DNA of 64,000 nt from assembly GCA_030390025.1 (NCBI GenBank), contig JASTWF010000034.1:5952001-6016000 (forward strand), read 5' to 3'. The stretch comes from Squalus acanthias. Taxonomy: Eukaryota. Under the pieces are notes generated by a model. The model searched no databases. It had not been told where the DNA came from and saw nothing but the letters and a program-made list of their open reading frames with translations. Made by a program: the position numbers and the translations under genes. Of this stretch, positions 37,159 through 47,900 are shown piece by piece (position 1 is the stretch's first letter; the number at the start of each line of letters is the position of its first letter).

Positions 37159-39913
37159 ATAGAAAGTTACAGCCCATCGTGTCCGCGCCGGCCAACAAAA
37201 AGCTATCCAGCCTAATCCCACGTCCCAGCTCTTGGCCCGTAGCCCTGCAGGTTACAGCATCCCAAGTGCACATCCAAGTACTTTTTAAATGTGGTTAGGG
37301 TTTCTGCCTCTACCACCCTTTCAGGCAGTGAGTTCCAGACCCCCACAACCCTCTGGGGAAATTTCCCCTCAAATCCCCTCTAAACCTTCCACCAATTACT
37401 TTAAATCTGTGCCCCCTGGTTTTTGACCCCTCTGCTAACGGAAATAGGTCCTTTCTCTCCACTTTATCTCGGCCACTCATAATTTTATACACCTCAATAA
37501 GGTCTCCCCTCAGCCTCCTCTGTTCCAAGGAAAACAGACCCAGCCTATCCAGTCTTTCCTCATAGCTAAGATTCTCTACTCCCGGCAACATCCTTGTAAA
37601 TCTCCTCTGTACCCTCTCTAGTACAATCACATCTTTCCTGTAATGTGGTGACCAGAACTGCACGCAGTACTCTAGCTGAGGCCTAACCAGTGTTTTATAC
37701 AGTTGAAGCATAACCCCCCTGCTCTTGTATTCTGTGCCACGGCTAATAAAGGCAAGTATTCTGTATGCCTTCTTAACCACCTTATCTACCTGGCCTGCTA
37801 CCTTCAGGGATCTGTGGACATGCACTCCAAGGTCCCTTTGTTCCTCTACTCTACTCCGTATCCTACCATTTAATATGTCTTCCCTTTCCTTTTTAGCTCT
37901 CCCCAAATACATTATCTCACACTTCTCCGGATTAAATTCCTTTAACCACTGTTCTACCCACCTGACCAATTTATTGATATCTTCCTGCAGTCTGCAGCTT
38001 CCTTCTTCAGTATCAACCACACCGCCGATTTTAGTATCATCTGCAAACTTTTAATCATACCCCCTATATTCAAGTCTAGATCATTGATATATGCCACAAA
38101 AAGCAAGGGACCTAGTACTGAGCCCTGCGGAACCACACTGGAAACAGCCTTCCAGTCACAAAAACACACAGCAACCATTACCCTCTGCCTCTTGCCTCCG
38201 AGCCAGTTTTGAATCCAACTTGACACTTTGCCCTGGATCCCAAGGGCTTTTAACATCGTGACCAGTCTGTCATGTGGAACCTTATCAAAAGCCTTGCTGA
38301 AGTCCATATACACTACATCAAATGCACCACCCTCATCTACCCTCCTTGTTACCTCCTCAAAAAATTCAATCAAGTTTGTCAGACACGACCTTCCCTTAAC
38401 AAATCCGTGCTGACTATCCTTGATTAATCCGTGTCTTTCTAAATGAAGATTTATCCTGTCCTTCAGAATTATTTCCAATAATTTTCCCATCACCGAGGTT
38501 AGGCTGACTGGCCTGTAATTACTCGGTCTATCCTTTTCTACCTTTTTAGACAAGGGTACAACGTTAGCAGTCCTCCAGTACCACACCTGAAGCCAGAGAG
38601 GAAAATGATGGCCAGGGCCTCTGCTATTTCCTCTTTTGCTTCGCTTAACTGCCTGGGATACATTTCATCCGGGCCTGGGGATTTATCCACTTATAAAGCT
38701 GCTAAACCCCTTAATACTTCCTCTCTCACTATGTTTATTCCATCTAATATTTCACGCTCCCTGATAGCAATGTCTGCTTCGCCCCTCTCCTTTGTGAAAA
38801 CACACACAAAGTATTCATTAAGAACCCTACCAACGTCTCCCGCCTCCACACACAGATTGCCCTCACGATCTCTAATAGGCCCTACCCTTTCTTTAGTTAT
38901 CCTCTTACTCTTAATATATTTGTAAAACATCTTTGGGTTTTCCTTGATTTTACTTGAAAATAATTTTTCATGCTCTCTCTTTGCTTTCCTAATATCCTTT
39001 TTAATTGCACCCCTGCACTTTCTGTACTCCTCTAAAGATTCTGCAGTATTTAGCACTCGGTATCTGTCATACGCCTCCCTTTTTTTCTTTATCCGACCCT
39101 GTATGTCCCTAGACATCCTGGGGGCTCTAGATTTGTTAGTCCTACCTTTTTTCTTTAAGGGCATATATTTGGTCTGAACCCTCCGGATCTCCTCCTTGAA
39201 TGCCTTCCACTGCTCTGACACTGATTTACCTTCAAGTAGCTGTTTCCAGTCCACTATGGCTAAATCCCCTCTGAGCTCAGCAAAATTTGCTTTTCCCCAA
39301 TTTAGATTTTTTTTTCCTGGTCTATCCTTGTCCTTTTCCATAACTACCTTAAATCTAACAGAATTATGGTCACCAGCACCAAAATGCTCCCCCACTGATA
39401 CGCCTTCTACCTGCCCAGCTTCATTCCCTAAAACTAAGTCCAGAACCGCCTCCTCCCTTGTTGGGCTTGCTATATACTGGCTAAAAAAGTTCTCCTGGAT
39501 GCATTTTAGGAATTCCGCACCTTCTATATCCTTCACACTAATTTTATCCCAGTTAATATTGGGGTAGTTGAAATCCCCTACCATTACTGCCCTATAGTTT
39601 ATGCACTTCTCAGAAATGTGTCTACATATTTGCTCTTCTATCTCCCTCTCACTGTTTGGGGGTCTATAGTACACTCCCAGCAGTGTGATCGCCCCTTTTT
39701 TGTTTATCAATTCGACCCATATGGCCTCGTTTGATGATCCCTCCAACATACCATCCCTCCTCACAGCTGTAATAGTTTATTTAAACAATACCAGGACCCC
39801 CCCTCCCTTTTTACCTCCCTCTCTATCCCGTCTGAAAATCCTGTAACCAGGAATGTTGAGCTGCCATACCTGCCCCTCTTTCAGCCACGTCTCTGTAATA
39901 GCCAAGTATTTAC
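37159..39913 (-). mobile_element. CR1 LINE of a second subfamily, most of ORF2 with frameshifts, between gag and env
   Basis: AITETWL, GVYYRPP, GDFN, MDFSKAFD and VPQGSVLGP motifs in ORFs 37310-40016; flanked by CATTATC at 37152-37158 and 39914-39920. Confidence 0.95.
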
Positions 39914-40779
39914 CATTATCTGGACTAATACTACAAATTCCTAGTCTAATGAATCGAACCAGGCCCAACCCCTTATTTAGAATAGAGAATATAGGAGTTG
40001 TAAAAGGAAATACCATTAACCGATTTCTCAGGGCACCACAATGGTTAGTACAGTTAGAAAAACTAACATGGATTGAACCAAACCTACAAGGATGTAGTAC
40101 AAATGAGGATGCCGTTGTTTGCCCATACAGTTTGTACGATCATTCAAAGCACACCTGTGGGTATGGTTGGAATGAAGAAAGGTTAAACTGTACTATGGAA
40201 GTGACAGGCCCCTCAGATGTAAGAACTAGAACAACCTACGTACGAGAAGGGAGATATTGTTTTACCACTTTAGAGAGCTCCTATAGTCAGGGAACACTTG
40301 AATGTTCAATAACCCCAGGAACCTACTGTATCAGACCTACTAAGACTACGGTAATAGGAGGAAGGATTCTCCTTGCAGTAGCCTCACATGACCAGCAGGT
40401 ATTACAAGTAGAGGATGATTTAAATATAAATCTGGAAGATTATGTCACTAAATTCGGATATGATATCCCCAAGCTACCTGAAGCCTTAACCGAATTAATA
40501 AATCAGGTGAGCACCTCCCAACGCCATTACTATACACTGGTGCAAGGGAATGAAGCCGTAGCCAAGAAAATTCCAGGTATCGAAAATCAAACACACTGGT
40601 GGGACATAGGGACAAACATGGAAATTCCTCCTTGGATTAGGGTAATTTCCCATGTACTGGTCATCACCCAACTTGTAGTACTGACATGCTTACTATTCTA
40701 CACCTGCTACCTGAAACACCTGATGTACAAAACCCGTTTAAATATGATCACAACCCGGAATATCTTCAGAGTTACATAA
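39914..40779 (+). pseudogene. C-terminal ~290 codons of a class I fusion-type envelope, frame open to the stop
   Basis: Cys spacing C-x8-C-x11-C-x10-C-x22-C; heptad-like LPEALTELINQVSTSQRHYYTLVQGNEAVAKKI; membrane-proximal WW; TM ISHVLVITQLVVLTCLLFYTCYL; short basic tail; sequons NRT, NCT, NQT. Confidence 0.85.
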
Positions 40780-40856
40780 ACATGGGAGAACAAACCCATA
40801 TGTAAGATTTTCGTTATGAGGGGTCGGAAAAATGCCTCGCCCTCAAGGTAGGGATC

Positions 40857-41552
40857 TGTAGGATAGAGTGTCCCTGTAGGATTTAGTAAACATTATTAAG
40901 ATTCTATAACCATTTTTATATAACTATAATATGTGAAGTTGTATGTTAAAAACCTAAACAGCCTGTATAAAATGGCGAATGACTGAGACCAAAGCAGGAT
41001 GGGAATTTTGCCAACCTGACTAAACTCTGTTAGAAATTGATGTAATTCTGTTAAATGGCTTGTTAAGTACACAAGGAGACAGTGGGAAACAAGAAATTCA
41101 GCAGCATTGCAAACGAAGATAGAGGGCTGGAGACAGTCACCACTCATAAATACAGAACCGGCTAAGCAATGAGCTGATTAAAAAGCGAAAAGACATCTGT
41201 GGGAATTTAGTGTGAAGGTTGTTCTCAGATCAGGATAGCTTGCTTACTAACTGCCACGTAGGCAAAACGGAGGAAAAAAAAGTAATAAATGAACAGCTAT
41301 TGAACACCGAAAGCAGCGCAAAACCAGAGGATGAGAAGCTTCAGTCAACAGAACACAGCAAGAGAAGAGAGATACTCGGAAGGAACGCTGGGGTACAATG
41401 AACAGACTGCGACAATCTTCTTGTTAAGCATTACTTCTTTGTACTGGATATTTAATGCTTAATAAACCTGTTTTAATTATACACAATATACCTGTACCCA
41501 GAGTGGCTTGTATAGTCACAGACAAATCAATTCAGAGCATTTAAAAGCTACA
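40857..41552 (+). mobile_element. 3' LTR (~696 bp)
   Basis: TGTAG...CTACA termini, preceded by purine-rich AAGGTAGGG-ATC; AATAAA at 41461; TATA-like TATAAAA near 40966. Confidence 0.85.
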
Positions 41553-42230
41553 TTCTAACACTCTCTGAAATACGCCACACCCCTCACTGTAAGACAGATA
41601 TACTCCACACCACTCACTGTAACACTGATATACCCCACACCCCTCACTGTAACACTGATATACCCCACACCCCTCACTGTAACACTGATATACCCCACAC
41701 CCCTCACTGTAACACTGATATACCCCACACCCCTCACTGTAACACTGATATACCCCACACCCCTCACTGTAACACTGATATACCCCACACCCCTCACTGT
41801 AACACTGATATACCCCACACCCCTCACTGTAACACTGATATACCCCACACCCCTCACTGTAACACTGATATACCCCACACCCCTCACTGTAACACTGATA
41901 TACCCCACACCCCTCACTGTAACACTGATATACCCCACACCCCTCACTGTAACACTGATATACCCCACACCCCTCACTGTAACACTGATATACCCCACAC
42001 CCCTCACTGTAACACTGATATACCCCACACCCTCACTGTAACACTGATATACCCCACACCCCTCACTGTAACACTGATATACCCCACACCCCTCACTGTA
42101 ACACTGATATACCCCACACCCCTCACTGTAACACTGATATACCCCACACCCCTCACTGTAACACTGATATACCCCACACCCCTCACTGTAACACTGATAT
42201 ACCCCACACCCCTCACTGTAACACTGATAT
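41553..42230. repeat. Near-perfect 30-bp satellite, C-rich strand (CCCTCACTGTAACACTGATATACCCCACAC)
   Basis: Identical 30-mers running up to the gap. Confidence 0.97.
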
Positions 42231-42730
42231 NNNNNNNNNNNNNNNNNNNNNNNNNNNNNNNNNNNNNNNNNNNNNNNNNNNNNNNNNNNNNNNNNNNNNN
42301 NNNNNNNNNNNNNNNNNNNNNNNNNNNNNNNNNNNNNNNNNNNNNNNNNNNNNNNNNNNNNNNNNNNNNNNNNNNNNNNNNNNNNNNNNNNNNNNNNNNN
42401 NNNNNNNNNNNNNNNNNNNNNNNNNNNNNNNNNNNNNNNNNNNNNNNNNNNNNNNNNNNNNNNNNNNNNNNNNNNNNNNNNNNNNNNNNNNNNNNNNNNN
42501 NNNNNNNNNNNNNNNNNNNNNNNNNNNNNNNNNNNNNNNNNNNNNNNNNNNNNNNNNNNNNNNNNNNNNNNNNNNNNNNNNNNNNNNNNNNNNNNNNNNN
42601 NNNNNNNNNNNNNNNNNNNNNNNNNNNNNNNNNNNNNNNNNNNNNNNNNNNNNNNNNNNNNNNNNNNNNNNNNNNNNNNNNNNNNNNNNNNNNNNNNNNN
42701 NNNNNNNNNNNNNNNNNNNNNNNNNNNNNN
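42231..42730. other. Assembly/scaffolding gap (500 N)
   Basis: Run of exactly 500 N; satellite orientation flips across it. Confidence 0.99.
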
Positions 42731-44945
42731 CTTTTAGCAGTGTGTTACAGTGAGGGGTGTGGGGTATATCAATGTGTGACATTAAGGGTTTGTTCCTTTT
42801 AGCAGTGTGTTACAGTGAGGGGTGTGGGGTATATCAATGTGTGACATTAAGGGTTTGATCCTTTTAGCAGTGTGTTACAGTGAGGGGTGTGGGGTATATC
42901 AATGTGTGACATTAAGGGTTTGATCCTTTTAGCAGTGTGTTACAGTGAGGGGTGTGGGGTATATCAATGTGTGACATTAAGGGTTTGATCCTTTTAGCAG
43001 TGTGTTACAGTGAGGGGTGTGGGGTATATCAATGTGTGACATTAAGGGTTTGTTCCTTTTAGCAGTGTGTTACAGTGAGGGGTGTGGGGTATATCAATGT
43101 GTGACATTAAGGGTTTGATCCTTTTAGCAGTGTGTAACAGTGAGGGGTGTGGGGTATATCAATGTGTGACATTAAGGGTTTGTTCCTTTTAGCAGTGTGT
43201 AACAGTGAGGGGTGTGGGGTATATCAATGTGTGACATTAAGGGATTGTTCCTTTTAGCAGTGTGTTACAGTGAGGGGTGTGGGGTATATCAATGTGTGAC
43301 ATTAAGGGTTTGATCCTTTTAGCAGTGTGTAACAGTGAGGGGTGTGGGGTATATCAATGTGTGACATTAAGGGTTTGATCCTTTTAGCAGTGTGTAACAG
43401 TGAGGGGTGTGGGGTATATCAATGTGTGACATTAAGGGTTTGTTCCTTTTAGCAGTGTGTAACAGTGAGGGGTGTGGGGTATATCAATGTGTGACATTAA
43501 GGGATTGTTCCTTTTAGCAGTGTGTTACAGTGAGGGGTGTGGGGTATATCAATGTGTGACATTAAGGGTTTGTTCCTTTTAGCAGTGTGTAACAGTGAGG
43601 GGTGTGGGGTATATCAATGTGTGACATTAAGGGTTTGTTCCTTTTAGCAGTGTGTTACAGTGAGGGGTGTGGGGTATATCAATGTGTGACATTAAGGGTT
43701 TGATCCTTTTAGCAGTGTGTTACAGTGAGGGGTGTGGGGTATATCAATGTGTGACATTAAGGGTTTGATCCTTTTAGCAGTGTGTAACAGTGAGGGGTGT
43801 GGGGTATATCAATGTGTGACATTAAGGGTTTGATCCTTTTAGCAGTGTGTAACAGTGAGGGGTGTGGGGTATATCAATGTGTGACATTAAGGGTTTGATC
43901 CTTTTAGCAGTGTGTAACAGTGAGGGGTGTGGGGTATATCAATGTGTGACATTAAGGGTTTGATCCTTTTAGCAGTGTGTAACAGTGAGGGGTGTGGGGT
44001 ATATCAATGTGTGACATTAAGGGTTTGTTCCTTTTAGCAGTGTGTTACAGTGAGGGGTGTGGGGTATATCAATGTGTGACATTAAGGGTTTGTTCCTTTT
44101 AGCAGTGTGTTACAGTGAGGGGTGTGGGGTATATCAATGTGTGACATTAAGGGTTTGATCCTTTTAGCAGTGTGTAACAGTGAGGGGTGTGGGGTATATC
44201 AATGTGTGACATTAAGGGTTTGATCCTTTTAGCAGTGTGTTACAGTGAGGGGTGTGGGGTATATCAATGTGTGACATTAAGGGTTTGTTCCTTTTAGCAG
44301 TGTGTTACAGTGAGGGGTGTGGGGTATATCAATGTGTGACATTAAGGGTTTGATCCTTTTAGCAGTGTGTTACAGTGAGGGGTGTGGGGTATATCAATGT
44401 GTGACATTAAGGTTTGATCCTTTTAGCAGTGTGTTACAGTGAGGGGTGTGGGGTATATCAATGTGTGACATTAAGGGTTTGATCCTTTTAGCAGTGTGTA
44501 ACAGTGAGGGGTGTGGGGTATATCAATGTGTGACATTAAGGGTTTGTTCCTTTTAGCAGTGTGTAACAGTGAGGGGTGTGGGGTATATCAATGTGTGACA
44601 TTAAGGGTTTGTTCCTTTTAGCAGTGTGTAACAGTGAGGGGTGTGGGGTATATCAATGTGTGACATTAAGGGTTTGTTCCTTTTAGCAGTGTGTTACAGT
44701 GAGGGGTGTGGGGTATATCAATGTGTGACATTAAGGGTTTGATCCTTTTAGCAGTGTGTTACAGTGAGGGGTGTGGTATATCAATGTGTGACATTAAGGG
44801 TTGTTCCTTTTAGCAGTGTGTTACAGTGAGGGGTGTGGGGTATATCAATGTGTGACAAAATGGGTTTGTTCCTAGTAGATGTGTGTTACAGTGAGGGGTG
44901 TGGGGAATATCAATGTGTGACATTAAGGGTTTGTTCCTTTTAGCA
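42731..44945. repeat. 65-bp satellite (dimer of two diverged ~30-bp monomers), ~34 copies
   Basis: CTTTTAGCAG at 42731, 42796 and onward (period 65). Confidence 0.95.
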
Positions 44946-47900
44946 GTGTGGGGTATATCAAAATGTTGCTGTGTGGGGTCTATCAGTGTGTTACAGTGAG
45001 AGCTGTGGTATATATCAGTGTGTTACAGTGAGGGGTGTGGGGTATATCAGTATCCCAGTGAGGGTTGTGGGGTATATCTGTTACAGTGAGCAGTTTGGGG
45101 TGTATCAGTGTTACAGTGAGGGGTATGTCGTATATGAGAGTGTTTCAGTGAGGGTTATATCAGTGTTACAGTGAGGGCTGTGGGGTATATTGGTGTGTTA
45201 CAGTGAGGGGTGTGGGGTATGTCAGTGTTGCAGTGAGGGGTGTTGGGTATATCAGATTGTTACAGTGAGTGGTGTGGGGTATATCAGTGTTACAGTGAGG
45301 GGTGTGGGGTATATCAGTGTTACAGTGAGAGGTGTGGGGTATATCAGTGTTACATTGAGGGGTTGGGGTATATCAGTGTTACAGTGAGGGGTTTGGGGTG
45401 TATCATTGTTACACTGAGGGGTGTGGGGTATATCTGTTACAGTGAGGGCTGTGGGGTATATCAGTGTTACAGTGAGGTGTGTGGGGTATATCAGTTTTAC
45501 AGTGAGGGGTGTGGGGTATATCAGTGTTACAGTGAGGGGTGTGGGGTATATCAGTGTTACAGTGAGGGGTGTGTGGTATATCAGTGTTACAGTGAGGGGT
45601 GTGGGGTATATGAGATAGTTACAGTGTGGGGGTTGGGGTATATAAGAGTGGTACTTTGAGCGATGTGGGGTATATCAGTGTTACAGTGAGGGGTGTGGTA
45701 ATATCAATGTGTGACAGTGAGGGGTTTGGGGTATTTCAGTGTTACAGTGATGGCTTTGGGGTATATTAGTGTTACAGTGAGGGATGTGGGGCATATCAGT
45801 GTTACAGTGAGGGGTGTGGAGTATATCAGTGTTACAGTGACGTGTGTGAGGTATATCAGGGTTACAGTGAGGGGTGTGGAGTATATCAGTGTTACCGTGA
45901 GGGGTGTGAGGTATATCAGTGTTACAGTGAGGGGTTTGAGGTATATCAGTGTTGCAGTGAGGGGTTTGGGGTTTTTCAGTGTTACAGTGAGGGGTGTGGG
46001 GTATATCAGTGTTACAGTGAGGGCTGTGGGGTATATCTGTGTTACAGTGAGGGGTGTGGGGTATATCAGTGTTATAGTGAGGGGTGAGGGGTATATCAGT
46101 GTTACAGTGAGGGCTGTGGGGTATATCAGTGTTACAGTGAGGGGTGTGGGGTATATCAGTGTTACGGTGAGGGGTATATCAGTGTTGCATTGAGGGGTGT
46201 GGGGTATCTGAGATTGTTACAGTGTGGGGGTTGGGGTATGTAAGAGTGGTACTCTGAGCGATGTGGGGTATATCAGTGTTACAGTGAGGAGTGTGGCGTA
46301 TATCAGTGTTACAGTGAGGGGTGTGGGGTATATCAGTGTTACAGTGAGGGGTGTGGGGTGTATCAGATCGTTACAGTGAGAAGTGGGGGTATATGAGATT
46401 GTTACAGTGTGGTGGTTAGGGTATATCACAGTGTTACAATGAGGGGTCTGGGGTATATCAGTGTTACAGTAGCAGTGTTACAGTGAGGGGTGAGCGGTAT
46501 ATCAGTGTGTTACAGTGAGGGGTATGGGATATATATGTTACTATGTGTTGTGTGAGGTATATCAGTGTTACAGTGAGTGGTGTGTGTTATGTCAGTGTTA
46601 CAGTGAGTGGTGTTGGGTGTATCAGTGTTACAGTGAGGGGTGTGGGTATTTCAGTTTTACAATGAGCGGTGTGGGGTATATCAGTGTTACAGTGAGGGGT
46701 GTGGGGTATATCAGTGTTACAGTGAGGGGTGTGGTGTATATCAGTGTTGCAGTGAGGGGTGTGGGGTATATCAGTGTTACAGTGAGGGGTGTGGGGTATG
46801 TCAGTGTTACAGTGAGGGGCGTGGGGTATATCAGTGTTACAGTGAGGGGTGTGGGGTATATCAGTGTTACAGTGAGGGGTGTGGGGTATATGAGTGTTAC
46901 AGTGAGGGGTGTGGGGTATATCAGTGTTACAGTGAGGGGTGCGGGGTATATCAGTGTTACAGTGACGGGTGTGGGGTATATCAGTGTTGCAGTGAGGGGT
47001 GTGGGGTATATCAGTGTTACAGTGAGGGGTGTGGGGTATGTCAGTGTTACAGTGAGGGGTGTGGGGTATATCAGTGTTACAGTGAGGGGTGTGGGGTATA
47101 TCAGTGTTACTGTGACGGGTGTGGGGTATATCAGTGTTGCAGTGAGGGGTGCGGGGTATATCAGTGTTACAGTGAGGGGTGTGGGGTATATCAGTGTTAC
47201 AGTGAGGGGTGTGGGGTGTATCAGATCGTTACAGTGAGAAGTGGGGGTATATGAGATTGTTACAGTGTGGTGGTTAGGGTATATCACAGTGTTACAATGA
47301 GGGGTCTGGGGTATATCAGTGTTACAGTAGCAGTGTTACAGTGAGGGGTGAGCGGTATATCAGTGTGTTACAGTGAGGGGTATGGGATATATATGTTACT
47401 ATGTGTTGTGTGAGGTATATCAGTGTTACAGTGAGTGGTGTGTGTTATGTCAGTGTTACAGTGAGTGGTGTTGGGTGTATCAGTGTTACAGTGAGGGGTG
47501 TGGGTATATCAGTTTTACAATGAGCGGTGTGGGGTATATCAGTGTTACAGTGAGGGGTGTGGGGTATATCAGAGTGTTACTGTGAGGGGTGTGGTGTATA
47601 TGAGTGTTGCAGTGAGGGGTGTGGGGTATGTCAGTGTTACAGTGAGGGGTGTGGGGTATATCAGTGTTACAGTGAGGGGTGTGGGGTATATCAGTGTGTT
47701 ACAGTGAGGGGTGTGGGGTATATGAGTGTTACAGTGAGGGGTGTGGGGTATATCAGTGTTACAGTGAGGGGTGCGGGGTATATCAGTGTTACTGTGACGG
47801 GTGTGGGGTATATCAGTGTTGCAGTGAGGGGTGTGGGGTATATCAGTGTTACAGTGAGGGGTGTGGGGTATGTCAGTGTTACAGTGAGGGGTGTGGGGTA

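Larger units (their letters stand above)
34929..41552 (+). mobile_element. Defective endogenous LTR retroelement (lokiretrovirus-like): LTR-end remnant, PBS, gag-like, partial F-type env, PPT, 3' LTR; no pol
   Basis: AAGCTACA (same as the 3' LTR end) + GAT + PBS; gag-like ORF fragments; env-like ORF with TM segment; purine-rich tract + ATC + TGTAG...CTACA LTR. Confidence 0.85.

Noticed and set aside
39853..39913. Start of the 308-aa ORF as the native env N-terminus or signal peptide
   Set aside because: These codons are antisense CR1 sequence (AITETWL on the minus strand) upstream of the TSD
40896..41401. Short ORFs inside the LTR as viral accessory genes
   Set aside because: Short, no recognisable motifs, one is antisense, and one differs in frame between the arms
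34929..41552. Assignment as an endogenous foamy virus because of the Lys1,2 PBS
   Set aside because: The PBS alone is not diagnostic; there are no accessory ORFs between env and LTR, the env looks F-like, and pol is absent so RT cannot be tested
42213..42782. 189-aa ORF
   Set aside because: Spans the N gap; artefact
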